This document shows, piece after piece, positions 1 to 14,707 of a stretch of DNA of 64,000 nt. Origin of the DNA: Diadema antillarum (Eukaryota); NCBI RefSeq assembly GCF_040938485.1, contig NW_027271376.1, positions 434,001-498,000 on the forward strand, given 5' to 3'. Below the pieces are notes generated by a model that was given only the letters and a program-made list of their open reading frames with translations, was not told the DNA's origin and did no database searches. Position 1 is the stretch's first letter, and the number at the start of each line of letters is the position of its first letter. Position numbers and translations under genes: made by a program.

Positions 1-2685
1 ACCATTCATCCTTTCCAGTCATGTTATAGAATATCATTTCAGAAATGGTTTACTTGCATTGTGTTATTTGTTAAACATGACTGTTATTTCAAAAACTTAT
101 GTCTTAATTAAAAGTATTTTCATGTACTACATTGTATTTAGATATCATTAGCATCACAGAAAATAGAAAATTCTTTGTTACATAGATAAATTTAGCTACC
201 ACAGTGTCTTTAACTCTAACAGTATGCGATATGCCAGCAGATTATGGGAAATGTATTTATGCATTGAACAGAGAGATTTTTTTGTGTGTGCAAAACTTTA
301 GAAATTACTGTTTAGAGTGTATGCTAGAATTAAGCCTGTGGACATGAACACGTTGTTACTGTAATTACTGTACCTCTGCTAAGGAAGGAGTTTACAGTCT
401 TGTGTACCGATATGTTTTTATCGGCATTGGTTTGATTGTTTGTCTGTGTGCAAAATAACTCAAAAAGCTGTGAACTCCCCATTTGAATGCAACTTGCAGG
501 AACAGGTGATAATGACACAAGGAACATACACTGATTAAATTTTGGTAGTGATCTGGGAATTTTATGGCTTTTTGAAGGATTCGTTATCTTTTCACATATA
601 ATAGGGTGACTTAACTTGGGAGTTCAAGCTGCGCGTACGTGAGGTTTAAATGCGCAGACTAAAGCGCATGCTCTGCTCGGGAGAGGTGCCACACAGCTGA
701 AAGCTGATGTCATACAAATATACAAGGTTTCTATATTGGGAAATTGGGTGATTTTCAGCATGCATACGTATAGGTGGAAATGAGCGGCTGGCTTGATGGA
801 GGTCTGCACTTTGAGTGCTTTTCTAGTTATCATTTATTCTTTTTTTCTTTTCTTTTTTAAGGGAGGACAGTATTTTGAATTGAGAATAAATTAATAGGAA
901 TATGTTTGATGATTCAGGGTACATTGTGCCATCATCACCAACATGTATACCATGACTTTATATACAAATAGAAAATCACTTCTGTGCAGTTGAAAAGAAA
1001 GAGAAAGAAATCTAATTTAGCAGACTAGTATAATGATTCACAAATTATCATAGTCGCATACAGTGTATTATACTATAGACTACAATGTATGTCAGTACTT
1101 ACATTATATGGCACCTCCCCTGTATTCCTAAAATGGTAGTGTTTATCCTGAAATAATATTCCAGATGTATGTGTACAATGATAGCAAGGGTGTTTGGCTG
1201 CGTGTTATAGTGTGACTTAGTGTTGGAAGCTTCCTGGAAACGTATTTCTTCATCCAATGTAGACTTATCTGTCAAAGCAGGTGGCATGCAGTGAGAAAAG
1301 TAAAAGAGCAGGAGAGTGTTGGGGGGGGGGGGGGGGGGACACAAAAAAACTCATTGACTTCAGTGGATGAGGGAGCCCTGAATAATGCATTGTAGTATCA
1401 ATTCACAGTCCATTAGTAGAGCATCCACATTCTTTTGTAACTGTCTTGTGATAGCAAGGCATTGTATTGTATGTCAGAAAACTATATTCTGATCAGAAGC
1501 TGGGAGACTTGGAGAACGATGTCAGGTTAACCCATCAAGTCCTGGAGTAATTGTGCTTTAGAATTATCATTCTGTCCTCATCAGATTGGCAATTCTAAAC
1601 TTTACTGTACTGTATATCCTCTTTTGGAAAAAGGACTAGATGGAACTGGTTAGATTCATTAAATCTGCATGAAATTAGAAGAAGAATGTAACAAAAAGTT
1701 GCCAATTTGAGAGATAAATATTTTCTTTGAAAAGCAACAACAGAATTTAAGAAAAAGGAAAACAAATGATGATATAATATGAACTATTAATAGTATCCAA
1801 AGTTGGAAAAGTTTGGATAGTTCAAGGATATTTGCATAGAGATGTGTATGATGATAAAGGAAAAGATTCTTTCCTTTCAAACATCGTAAAGTCAAGAAGT
1901 GAATAGCTGTGAATCAATGACTTGTTAACCTTTGCACATTTAAACTTATGATAATTGTGTCAATACTTAAGATGATTGAACTATGTTTAAAAGATGATAT
2001 GTTTTGATAAATATAATGACATTCCTCACGAAAAGAATTGTCTTTCAAATCAGTGCCATGTATCTAGGGTCCTTAAGGAGTGGTCATTGAATGCCATATT
2101 AGGTGATTTTAAATTTATTTTAGTGCGCTCATAACTTGTATAGTAATGGTATCTGATATTGCTTTAATTTTGTTTCTCTGTTGCCTACTATTGATTGTAA
2201 TCATGGTCTAAATTTGTTCCTGGTATTTCTCCAGAAAGTTCTTGACCTAGAAGTTTGGAGTTCTTGTCTTTGGCAGTTAATACTGATTAAGATGACTATG
2301 ACATATTTGGAATAAGTGGAGGAAATAAAGGCTGACATTTACTAAATTGCTAAAGAGGAAATCCACCCCAAAAATAAATTAACTTCAAAAGAAAGGGGCA
2401 AAAATTCCCTTCAGAATGATACAAAAATGAAGAAAATCAGATAAGAAATCACATTTTTTAGAAAACATTTCTTCACCACTCCATATGAATATTCAGATGA
2501 GCAAGTTGATTATGTCACACTCTCACAATTTCTAATTCATTTCAAGACTCAAGCTAAATTGCATCTTTTAGGAGTAATCTAAAATCCTATTTGTTTGACA
2601 GTGCATTTTGAAGACAGACTCTCATGTCTTCTTTTTCATCTTCTTCTTTTATGTTATATATGTATTTGTAGTCTTTTTGCCTTTG

Positions 2686-2755
2686 TGTAAAGTGCCTTGA
2701 GCATTTAATCAGAATTGAAAATGGCACTACAGAAATTGTATGTATTATCATTATT
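2686..2755 (+). mobile_element. L2-type LINE/SINE 3' tail relic
   Basis: TGTAAAGTGCCTTGAGCAT...GGCACTACAGAAAT...(TAT)n tail motif. Confidence 0.5.
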
Positions 2756-3699
2756 TCATATACAGAAATATAAGAAATCTCATATTTCAGCTGTATAAAT
2801 ATAAAACTTCATTTCAAACCACTCAATAAAAAACAAACAAACGTTAACTCTGATATTAATATCATGGTATGAGAACATGCTTTTATTTGTATTATTAGCT
2901 AAAATGACATTTTTCCGAATTTTATATATAGCATTCATGATATCATCAACTCGCTCATTTGAATATTCACATGGACTGGTCAAGAAATGTTTTTTTTTTT
3001 AATGTGAAATTTCAAAATGTTATATCTTATTTCTTATCCGAATTTTGTCATGCTTGTATCGTTCTGTAAGGATTATTTTTCTCCTTTTTTAACTTTATTT
3101 ATTTTTAAGATGGATTTCCTCTTTAAAGGAGATACAACGCAAAGCATCCATTTTCTGTGTGTGTTGTCAACTTTGACAGCCTATAATTGACGTAGTAATT
3201 GACGAACCAAACATGGGCAGCTGTTCAAGAAGTCATATATATTTGTAGATAATAAACATCATTAAACTGAATCTGAAATATATCATGATTACCATCATGT
3301 TTCAGTTCATAATGCTTGCCCCTTTTTATGCACAATTATAAACTTCAAAATACTGATCATGGTAACTACCCCATCTAGCATCCTTTATCACATTATGTGT
3401 ACATCCGCACATTGATAGAGAATATTTAAAAGATCAACTTTCTATTTTTTGTTCTCAGCCTGCATCTGTTTTAGTGCATAATGCATTGTGTAATAATTGG
3501 TGTGTGCAGCAGTGTGCAGCGATAAAGCAGGCCTGTGTACATAATTTAGTTTAGCAATGAATTCTATGAGAGAGTCATGATTCTGCAGTTAAGTGTGATA
3601 TATTAAAAAAAATAATAATAATAATGCTCTCAAAGCCGGGATCAGAGTTTTTCTCTTTCTCATTCATTTTCCGTCTATCTGTTTGTCTATGATCTGTCT

Positions 3700-3785
3700 G
3701 TATCTCCCCTCTCTCTCCTTTCTCTCTCAAACTCACACACACACACACACACATACACATTTACACACACACACACACATACACA
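3700..3785. repeat. Compound (TC)n/(CA)n microsatellite
   Basis: Seen directly. Confidence 0.9.
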
Positions 3786-4464
3786 ATCACTTTCCAGCTG
3801 TCTCCATATATGTATCTTTCTAGCTCTCTGTCTGTCTGTCCTTCTGTCTGTCTCTGCTTCTACATCTATCTGACTTTCTCTTTCATTTTTGCTGATTGCT
3901 TTCACAGTCATGTGAACCCATTACAATCAATTGTAGACACTCTCCCTGTAGGTATATCTTCCTGAAAACACTCCCTCAGCAGGTTGTGTCTTGGGGCGGT
4001 AGGCTTGTTTCTGCCTCTGCACTCCCATGAAGATGGAAGTCCAGATGCATGATTTGATATCCAAACATTCCCCTTGTTGACAGATATCCCCGCGATGAAT
4101 AAGGAAAATTACTTGTGGCTGAACAGCATCAATGGGATGAGGCGCATTAATTCCCATTGCCGTTCATGGAACGTGAAGGCTTCAGGTGTTCTGTTGAATT
4201 TTGAAAGCGTATTTGCATAGCTTGGGTCTGCTTAGCTGCAAGCTACTGGAGGCGTAGATGATGTGCCTTTTTTTCCCCACTTTTGCTGGCTTTGGATCTT
4301 ATCAAGATATCTCTCTCTCAGTCTTTAGTGTTTGTCTATTTTTAAGGTTTTCCAATGAATCAAAACAAAGTGTGTTCATGTATTAGTCATTCAATCTTGC
4401 GATGTTATGATCATTAAAGTTTGCTTATATCTCGTTAGTCCCAATAATATGAATGTGAATAGTA

Positions 4465-4582
4465 GGCCCCATTTTATCAACAGATAAAATCGATTATAAA
4501 TTTCCTTACCACACAGGCTGCCATAGACTTACAGTTGAAATTAACTGTATAATCGATTTTAACTCTTCATAAAACAGGGCCC
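4465..4582. mobile_element. Short MITE (Harbinger-like GGCCC ends)
   Basis: GGCCCCATTTTATCAA / TTCATAAAACAGGGCC imperfect TIR. Confidence 0.55.
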
Positions 4583-5624
4583 AGAATAGTAAAATCCAAA
4601 TGGATGGAAGATTGTGTATAGAAGGCTTCTACTTCAACTGATGATTGAATTTCTTTTTTCTTTACTACTTGAATACGTTGATAACATATCACTGGTAGCA
4701 ATGATGAGGAAGAATAATAATGATGTACAGTAATTATTTGAGGTCATGTGATATCCTGTGCAAGCACATTGATTTATTTTAATGTGCTTGATGTTTGCAA
4801 ATTATGGAACAGATATTTGAAAATAAGTGTCTAATGCTGCACTACACAACTTGAAGTCTCAAAGGTTTTGACTGTATCAACTTAAAAACACTTTAATGAT
4901 ATTCATAAATTATGATGTATACTGATACATCAGAAAGTTAATACAAGCAAGAACTGGGCATATCGAAGCTATTTTATAAGCATTTGTGTTAGAAGGCGAC
5001 ACTTATCATTGAAAAGGTTAACTAATTGAAAGATGTAGAGGGCATGTAAATACTGTATTTAGCTGAAGCACCGTAAAACTAGAGAACCTTGTCTTTCCAT
5101 CATTTGACAGGTTGTGATGACATGGAGATGAGTGGTGACAAATTATAAGCTGACAATTACAAGCCTATCATGCTGTGGAACACAAGACGACCAATCACAT
5201 CTGTGTCATGCATTTGCTTTTTTTCTTCCACGCTAAGGTGCTTGTTCTTTTATGCATGATTAACAATATCGTAGAAAGGAATATCTGTCTAAGGTTTGTT
5301 GAAGTGCAGTGCTCCTTCACAGTGACGTTCGATAATGAATTTTGTACAGAGATGGTAAATTATGTTGCAATGTGCTATTCAGTGACCTGGGTCAGGTTTT
5401 TGGGGTAGGGTGCTGCATGTGGCAAGTTATATCCTGTTTTTTTCCCTCATCTGGCCAGTCATCACACTCTGGGCCATCTGAGATATTGTTGAATGTCTGC
5501 CATCTCTCAAATGTTTGTCTTCTTCCCTTACATTCTCCCTTTGTCTTGCCGTTCTCTTTTTATATTTGTATCTCTCTCTCACTTTCCACTGTTTCCAGGC
5601 TTCTGTCTCTGATCCAGATTTGAT

Positions 5625-5883
5625 AGGTGCGATCACGTGGTCTGACCGTCTCCGCAGAGGAAGGGGAAATTTTCACTCTGCCATCACACTTGTGCCAGAG
5701 CGGCAGCTTGCCGTGCAGGTTGCCCGTACTGCGCTACTTTGGCTTGGCGTTTCGAGTGAAACTTGCTACTGCCTGACATTCAAGGACCTGTGAAGTACGA
5801 GGATATATATACACTCTGAGGCAAACTGACTGTGGTTTCTGAGAGAGAGCCCCTGTGGATCATGGGGAGCTGAAAAGATAAAG
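5625..5883 (+). other. Candidate non-coding first exon
   Basis: CpG-enriched patch with CACGTG E-box ending in AAG|GTAAGT; no open coding frame. The start is approximate. Confidence 0.35.
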
Positions 5884-6250
5884 GTAAGTTTGAAGTTTAA
5901 ATTTAAAGGAAAAACAAAATTAATTCTGAAGAGTGAAATGTTTATGGGTACAGTTTAAAGTAACAAGTTGTTGCTCTGTTGCTTTCAATACTTACTGTAG
6001 ATGGATAGCAGACAGCTGACCATTAAAGAAAGTTTCATCATTGCCCCTGTTGTAAGAAGTTTTCCCCCTTCTGTTTTCACCTAGGTTTTGCATCTTGATT
6101 GAGTTGAAATGTCTATAGTAAACTATACAACTCCTTCAGTTGCTGCCCAAGTTGCTGCAGGGTCACAGCTCTGGATAGTAGCTACAACAGATTCTCTTGC
6201 AGTTTTTAGTGTTCAAATACAGAGGCTTGAAGGAGAAATGTTTCTGATGC

Positions 6251-6504
6251 ATATCGTCGCTGGGGCGACAAGACCTCGTATCTACAAAATGTCAATGTTC
6301 AGGAGAGCCAAAAAACATGGCGGCCAAAGTACTGTATCCAACAGGATAGACATGCCTTTGACATGCCGCGATGGCTTCATTTTGGGGGTAAGACGTCTAG
6401 GATTTGGACAGGACATCACTTAACTGATTATCTGACCATTAACCCAAAAAAGTCATTTTCATGAAAATTGCAGATACAAGGTCTTGTCACCCCAGCAACG
6501 ATAT
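6251..6504. mobile_element. MITE with 33-bp TIRs
   Basis: ATATCGTCGCTGGGGCGACAAGACCTCGTATCT versus the reverse complement of 6472-6504 differs by three transitions. Confidence 0.8.
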
Positions 6505-8830
6505 AGTGATTTTAAGCATATACAAGTTACTGTTACTTATTGAGATTATATGAATGGCTGGTAATGTGTGAATGCTATTTATTAGTGTCATGAAGTATTC
6601 AAAACAAATTATTTTTTCTAAAGTTTCTTATTTTAACCTACATGCTTAATGGCTGAATACTTTTGGAAACTCAAATTCTGTTGGTGTACATATTGTAGAT
6701 CATGCATGATTCACGTGCATCTATATAGTTACACTTGTTATTATTTATAGTCATGCCATGTAACCATATCGGTTTCTGTAATCGCCACTCTCCTCAGAGT
6801 AGATGTGGTGTTTTGTATAAAGTAGTCTCCCTACCCTCTTGTCAATGTTTCAGTTCTTATCAAAGTGGACAGGCACTTGAGCTTTATGAATGTTGCAAGG
6901 AGTTATCCCGTTGCCAGGCCCCTCAGTAATATCAGCGAGTCTTCCAATGTTGAGATGCCTTCCCTTGACTATGGCCCACTCATGTACAGAGTAGACCCCA
7001 GAAGGATAATTACTTTCTCTGCACTGTGGCAACTGTGTGAATTCTCCGAAAGTGTGCGAAGTATGAATTGTAGCCCAATTTCACTCAACTGATTGAAGTA
7101 ATTCAGTGTACTGAAATGCAGGTAAGAATCATGCCAGTTTTTAACTTTAGTATGGGTATACATTTTACTGTAGAGCTATCCATTTTTCTCATACTTTTCT
7201 TTTCAGTGATGTGTGTGTGTTTTGTTGTTGTTGTTTTTTTTTACAGTTTCTTTTTGTGTTTGGATGTGATTTAATGTATTACTCAAATGTACAATGTGCG
7301 TGAGCCTTTTAAACTGGTTTATGTAGTGATCCCCCACCTCAAACAATGCAATATACGTATACAATATTTGTACATGTAACCATGCATCGTCTCTTGTAGC
7401 TTGTCAAGGATGACTTTGAGGTACGAAGTTATTTTCCTCTTTTTGAAACTTTTGAACTCTTTGACCATTGTACAGTCAATTATTTTATTCCTATAATTGT
7501 CAATTTAATTTTTTTCTTTTGTCATTGTCATTATCCCCCCCCCAAAAAAAAAAAGAAAGAAAAGAAAATGAAATATGCTGCAGCTTTATGTTCATAAATA
7601 AATGCTATTTCTTGAAAGCAAGATATCCCGAACACCCATGTATCTGTATTATCACATTTCAAGGAATGTTCTTTTAATCCCCAAGTTTAAAGACCAAGTA
7701 GGGTGTGAATTCATGGGTGGCCCAATTCATTCGCTGCCCACCAGGATACATTCGAAAACCATGAATAGCACCCGTCAGCAAGTACATACAACTGTATGTG
7801 CATCAAAGGATACGCTCATTGGCAAGGGTCCATTCCAGTTGAGATTCTGTAGTATTTGTTCTTACACAGAGATCAGTGATGAGGCTGTACACAATTTTTT
7901 TACGGGGATTATTTAATATATTTGAACTGGGCCAGCCTTCTGAATCCACAGGCTACCGGGTCTTCCTAGCACATTAGTTATTATTGTATTCAAAATCATC
8001 TTTTAATGATCTAATGAAATTGGTCCACATCGACATCTGCAAGATTCTGTCAATGAATTACAGAATAAACTCCACAACCACACCAGTCAAAGGGTTTTAG
8101 ATTTTACTGCCTTCTGAAGAAGAAATTGTTTCTTCAAATTCTCCTTGCTAGATTGCAGTTCTTAGAATGTGTGTGTGAAACATATTGCACTTGGCCAGTT
8201 TAGTAATGTAATCAAAGTTTATGCTCACTGGTGAGTAGTTCACAGGGTTCATTCCAAGTGCACACAGGGCTACTTGACCTTGGAAAAAGGAGAGTCCAAG
8301 TTAGTCTAGCCATACAATATGAATAAAAGAAATATCTGTAGTGTGCAACCAATAGCTCATCTCTGAGCTTTCGGGTGGGAGGTACATGTGTATGTGATAA
8401 TATATCCCAATCAAAGATTGTGATGAATGTGTCTCGCAGAGATGCCATATTTGTCTTCAGCAAGCAGATATTTCATCTTAAGGGTGTCCCAAAGATTCAC
8501 AAGGCTCATGCTCATAGAAGGTAAGCAGGGAGCTGCATCCTGGTACATGTACATTGTACCAGCCGTGCGTTGAAGTGTTATGACGTACACATGAGATAGT
8601 GACAGGGTAATCCAGACCCTCTCTTGTTCCTACAGACAAGGCATAAGTGAGCGGGTACGATCATCGTCATTCCACTATCGGTCATATTCGGCGAGTGAGT
8701 CACCCTGACAAATATAGTAAGACAAACGAAGGTAGAGGCAGGCAGAGTGTATGGAAGAGGAGTTTGGAGGAAAGGGGCTCGGCAAAAAAAGGATTGTTAT
8801 TTTCTTAAAGGGTCAGTGTCATACAGGTAA

Positions 8831-9073
8831 TACTGTATACGTCATATATTTCGCGAGTCTAAATTTTCGTGAATCGGGAATTCTGACGATTTCGCTAGTG
8901 GTTAAATTCGCGATCGTGGAGTCCTGTACTGAACTGAGAAATGTACACGCGTACGTCACATCCACATCAGGATCAGAGTCAATAGTTTTGCATGTCTTTA
9001 ATTTCGCGAATAGCACCTGACTCGTGAAATATGCAAAAATAAAAACCTCACAAAATATTTGGCGTATTCAGTA
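8831..9073 (+). mobile_element. TACTGTA...CAGTA MITE (TA-flanked, probably Tc1/mariner-type), copy 1
   Basis: Imperfect TIRs; clearly homologous to 30818-31062 along its whole length. Confidence 0.8.
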
Positions 9074-11033
9074 TATGTCAGCAAATATTTGTGATGAAAA
9101 CAGGAAGATTTCAATAGTTTATCAGCAAAAAGTTCATCATCAGGTGACTGCTTTGACGGATCATTGTCAGTTCTCATCACCTGACTGACCCCTGGCAGAG
9201 AAAGTTTTGAAACCTAGATTGGTTTACGCAGTCATCGTATTTCAGTCTCGTTATTCTCAAAACAAATGTTCCCATCCGTGCCAGATTTTTCTAACCATTG
9301 TTGATGTCAAAATGATGACAACATGATACGCCATACATGGAGACAGCTCGTTGCAACTTGAATTCCAGAAATAAACCTCTCAGAATATATTTCACTACTC
9401 AAGCTCATGCCAAAGCCATAAAACTGTATCTTGAGGTAGTTTTTATATTTGTTTTTGTGGTTGTAAATCATTAAATTTGTGGTATCCTTGAGGAACCTTG
9501 ATATGATGACTCTGACATTTGACCACCATCTCAACGAAAGATGACAAGCTTCTAATAATTTGTACCAGTAGTTGGCATCTTAGACTTTGGCTGTGTTAGC
9601 GGAAAACTGCAATACACCCCTATTGTATTACTTTAGCTTTCTTCAAAACATTTCTTTTTTCTTCTTGATCAAAGGCTAAATGTTTGAGATCAGTGCTGTA
9701 TGAAAATCAACTACATTTGTCTACAAAGAAGAAAAATAGAGAAAAGATACTACCAGATTAAAGAGCTATGGGAAGGGGGAGCAATGAATTCTGGTGTAGC
9801 CAATTACTACCATTGCTGAGAGATTTGAGAAAATGAAATGAATTAGATTAAAGAGATATTGATACATTCAATAGATGATTCTTGGTAGAAGCTCTGAAAC
9901 AAGCTTGTGCGATTCTTGTTGTCGCTGAAACAATCCTTTGTGTTTGCCTTTTCGTTCAAGATTATTTGAGTGAAAATGGTAAAATGATGGTTTATTGTAG
10001 CATGTGTTGTATGTGAGAGCATTTATGATAAGAGACAGATTTTCCGCCTCATACGGAGATGCCAACTGCCACTTTTTTTGCAATATTTTTCTGTTTGTTC
10101 AAAAAATACTGCAGGTTTCGTGGAAAATATTGTTTTCTCATTATTGTGCTACTGCACATGTCTATCGCAGGAAAGGTAAGAATACTGTTTTTCCACAAAA
10201 AAGAAAAGAAAAGAAAAGCCTTTCATCCCTCAGAATACTGCAATGTTATTTAGAATATTGACATCCCTGCACATTCGTAGACAAGGAAAGACTACCAGTA
10301 CATTTCATTTCTCTGGTGTGTATGGGCAGTTCACTTTGTAGAACTCAAAGTGTCTGTCACCAAAGTCTGCTGTAGGACCTCTCCAAACATGGCTCTGAGC
10401 CAATACCTTTTCCACAGCCTCACTTAATAGTAGGCTTCCCTGTAGAAAGTGTTACGGAGGACAGGGAGATGAACTTCCACCAGATCAGCAAATGAATGTT
10501 CCTCTGCCGCATTTTGATTTGACCCGCGAGTGACCCGAGGGCTGATGAAACTCTGGGAAGGGGGGGGGGGGTTCTGTGATTCATCTTGTCGAATCAATAA
10601 TGTGCAGTTCAATTGAAGCCAATTTCAATTTGCTGTCCCATCATCCTTCAGACAGACCTCAGTAGAATATGGTACAACTGCATATTATGAGAGTGTGCAC
10701 TGGCCTTTATTCCCGGCTTGATTGTTTTTCATGCTTGTGTTGATGGATGGTGCTACACAGTCTACTTTTAAATGGATATGATACAGAGAGGTATTTGCAA
10801 ATGCTGTAATTTCGAAATAATGTGCTTTAATGTTCAACTTCATGGAATTGTTTATTATTATCTGGGAGATACTGTCTACTCATTGAACGCTATACTGTGT
10901 TTGAGTGCTATATTTTGAAAGTATGGATGAAAGCTGGAGTCTTGTCAGCATAGTTTGTGTACATACATGTATATACAGAATTCTGTCCAGAAATTATTCA
11001 ACATGAAATCTCATTGATAAGATTCTGACTTTT

Positions 11034-11580
11034 AAGGGCTTTTTACACTTGTAAATTTTTGCTTAGCCCCGGACCAACGGTGGGGCTAAGGGGGGGCCTT
11101 AGCCCCACCGTTGGTACGAGACTATCCTTAGCCCACTTTCTGTTTACACTCAATTTTGCCAAAGTGGGCTAGCCCCACCGATAGTACGGTACTATCTGGC
11201 CCTGCAAAATAGCAGGGGTTAGCACCGCAATTGCGGTGCCAAGCAAGTGAGTGTAAACAGAACGAAAAATAATCCTGGGCTAAGCGACGGAGACGAAGTC
11301 CGACCCTCACTGACCAATCAGAAACAAGGCAATCAAGTGCTGCCGGTGCGTGCGTGTACGTGTACAGTACACAGCGTAATTATGAATATTCATGTGGTTT
11401 GGAAAGTCCGGGGCTAAGAAATACGAGTGTAAAAAGGTCAGTTTTCTCCTTAGCCCCGGACAAGAGATAGTACGGGACTAATTGGCGAGTGTAAAAAGCT
11501 GAAAAAATTGGTACGGGACTAACGATACTCCTGGGTCAGAGAAAGTCCGGGGTTAAGAAACACAAGTGTAAAAAGCCCTT
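11034..11580. mobile_element. GC-rich MITE, probably PIF/Harbinger-type
   Basis: Perfect 19-bp TIR AAGGGCTTTTTACACTTGT / ACAAGTGTAAAAAGCCCTT with internal TTAGCCCC / GGGGCTAA subrepeats. Confidence 0.8.
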
Positions 11581-12690
11581 GAGTCTTTAGAAAGGTTAGT
11601 CTTTAAAAAGATGATGTGTGTTGTACTGTTATTTCCCAAATCCATGTGTTTGATATACTTAGTCTTTATAGTACTTTTGCCATCCAGCAACCGTATCTTG
11701 TTAAGAGTTCAACAGTCAAGGCCTTTACATTTGCTGTTGTGTGAAAAAGATTAACCCCTGAACGTGGATACAACATCGTGATTTCTGAACACCCAGTCAA
11801 GCAGGTAATGGCAACTTTCTATGGCCTCCCTCCTTGCAGAATGATATGATAAAAGGAGGGGACAAAAAAGGGGTGTGTTGAATAACATTCCCCTTAATTG
11901 AGTGTGGTGTGAGTAATATTTCTAAGAGCAAAAGAATGTACATACGTGTGTACATATCAGCCATTTTCTCAATCTGAATCTTAAGTCCATTTTCAAGGTT
12001 TGGAAACCACCAATCAACAAAAGTTGACTTTCATTTCCTATAATCAGCCAAAAGAAGATGGGGTATGTGGGATGCTTGCAGTTTCGACGGTTTAGACAAA
12101 GAAATCACCCTATGAGCATATGGGATGTGTCATTACGAAATCCATACCTTGGTAATTTTGGGGAAAATATGATTGTTTTTTTGACAGATATGAATTTTTC
12201 ATATGCTAAGCTGTAAATCGATTAATAATTTGTCCTACTACAACAAAAGAAAAATATTTTTAAAAGGTAACCAAAAGTTAGTATTTTTTATAAAGGTTAT
12301 ATTGCCAAAAGCACGCTTTACTAGCATTTTTCTTCCTTCTGTGATCTCTGAATTTATATGAGTAACGTGACGAAGCACCACATTGATAGGCACATTGCAT
12401 GGTGTCTTTAGGCAAAGAAGCATGTCACTGCCATGTCCAGCATACTTCTGTACGAATTAATGGAAAGCTTTTATCTCATCGCTTACTTCGCTTTCAATGA
12501 GTAGTTTCTACTAATAGCATGCTCTGTCTTCAGCAGAATTTAAGGGGTTTTCATTGCCTTTGGTCTGTGATGTCTACTTTGAAGACATTCATTCAAGATT
12601 GAAAATGCAGAAATTTGCAATATATTCAGAGAAAATTTGATATGCATATTTTGGAGTTTAGTTAAATGATGATGATAATAGAAATGATAA

Positions 12691-12901
12691 NNNNNNNNNN
12701 NNNNNNNNNNNNNNNNNNNNNNNNNNNNNNNNNNNNNNNNNNNNNNNNNNNNNNNNNNNNNNNNNNNNNNNNNNNNNNNNNNNNNNNNNNNNNNNNNNNN
12801 NNNNNNNNNNNNNNNNNNNNNNNNNNNNNNNNNNNNNNNNNNNNNNNNNNNNNNNNNNNNNNNNNNNNNNNNNNNNNNNNNNNNNNNNNNNNNNNNNNNN
12901 N
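12691..12901. other. Assembly gap (211 N)
   Basis: N run flanked by GAT/AAT low-complexity sequence. Confidence 1.
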
Positions 12902-14707
12902 CAATAGTTACAATGGCATTAATAGTTAATGATGATAACAGTAGAGGAAGTTATGACATTCAGGGTATATGAGTCATGGAATCATTAAGAGAGGTCTCCC
13001 AAGTTACGCTCCCAATGCTGTATGATGTATCCGTCCTCTGTGAAGGTTTTTAAGCTGTCCCTGGCTCAAGGATGTCTCTAAACATAATGACAGCTATTTA
13101 CCTCATTCAGACTGTGGGAGCAATTCATTTTATTTGAATGATAGATAAGTGGCATAATAAGATTCTATGCAAGATGCTCTTGCTAAACAACACACACATT
13201 TCAACAGAAACTGGCAAAGCATGCTACAAAGAAATACTATCTTTTATGGACTTTTGTTTTGCTGCCAATATCAGCAGATACTTTGACAAAGATCAGAAAA
13301 TCTGTTACAGGCGACTGTCCTTGCACGGTGCTTTGCACGTAATCAAAAGTATACAGCACCAAGGTGTTAGTAAACATGTAGTGCAGCGCATATAGATATC
13401 TGACAGTGACACACTCTGAGTGCATTATGTACCATGCAATGTCAAAGAGTTTGAACAATGTTTTCTGTGGGTCTTCATCTCTTGGTATGCAAAACTGTAC
13501 TGTGGAGTCATGCCCCAGACTAGAGTGGTAAGTTTGCACCCTTATTTTGTGATCTTCTAGGGTTTTTCATACAGAATTACATTAATTACTGATCATATTT
13601 TTTACAGAATTCGCAGATTCTGCAAGATTTCAGATTGCTATCAGTAACAGTGTTTACTAGGACAGGAAAGAAACAAAATGCAGGGACTTGATGCAGAGTA
13701 CTGTAAAACATGATGTTCATGGCATGACATTTTCGCGAAATGCCACTGGCATCCAATGCATGCAGTGTAGACAAGAACTTTCACGTGCATTCTAATTTCA
13801 CAAATCTTGGCTCTCGCAAAATTCATGAAATTAAAATGTATGTGAACATTCCTCGTTTTACAGTTTTGCAGTCAATTAAAGTGATTGTGGACAATTCTGT
13901 GCTTTGAAATAGTACAATGTTTATACTGTAGTATATTCCCATCAAATATTTCCCGTCATCTTGCCTTTCTTCTTAAACCTGAATATATAGAAAGTTAAGT
14001 GTTTGAAGTTTGCATTACTCTTGGTATCAGCATTGAAATACTAACATTATTTGATTTTCTGATCATTCAAAGTGTCATTAAATCACAAGTCATTTGTATG
14101 ATATGTATACAGGAAAGGGAAGCAAAGATATAAACTAGTATTAATCTTAAATAGGCCCCACTGATGTGATGTCCAAGCTGCATAAATTGCTTACTGCATA
14201 AATATCATATTTGAATTACCTTGTATGTTGCTGTTATCAGTGTTATCTCTTGCAATGTTTTGGTAGGTTCTTCAAATTACCCATGCTACATAATCCAGAA
14301 TATATGCATTGGCATCTAGAATTAGAATGAATGGCATTTTTTTTTTATCTCAGTTTCTGTGGAAAATTTCCATGAAGAGTACACCAATACTGTAAGTAAA
14401 ATAGCTGTAATGTATTTTGGCATATGAGGCATAAGGTACAAAAGAATTGACAACCTTTAGAACAAGCAGATATAGTGTATCAGTGTAATGAACCCCCCCC
14501 AAAAAAAAAAAAACAAACAAACAAACAACCAACCAACAAACAAACAAACACACAAACAAATCAAACAAAAAACAAAGAAAATAACAAACAAGGATGATAA
14601 TTCATCAACGTCAGCCAGTATTTTTAAATTTCAGCAAGTACCAGGAAGTTGTGAGCTATTAGATATCAAAGCAATCCAACACGTTGCAGTGGTAGATTAG
14701 CATAATC

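Noticed and set aside
1103-1270. Minus-strand exon-like segment (DKHYHFRNTGEVPYN or a longer frame) with GTAAGT donor
   Set aside because: Peptide not recognised, and I could not link it to other exons to build a gene.
6109-6423. 104-aa ORF
   Set aside because: It runs through the 6251-6504 MITE.
8212-8463. Minus-strand ORF containing ITIFDWDILS, reminiscent of a C2-domain DWD strand
   Set aside because: No flanking C2 motifs or convincing splice sites.
12662-12929. ORFs of X residues
   Set aside because: Assembly gap.
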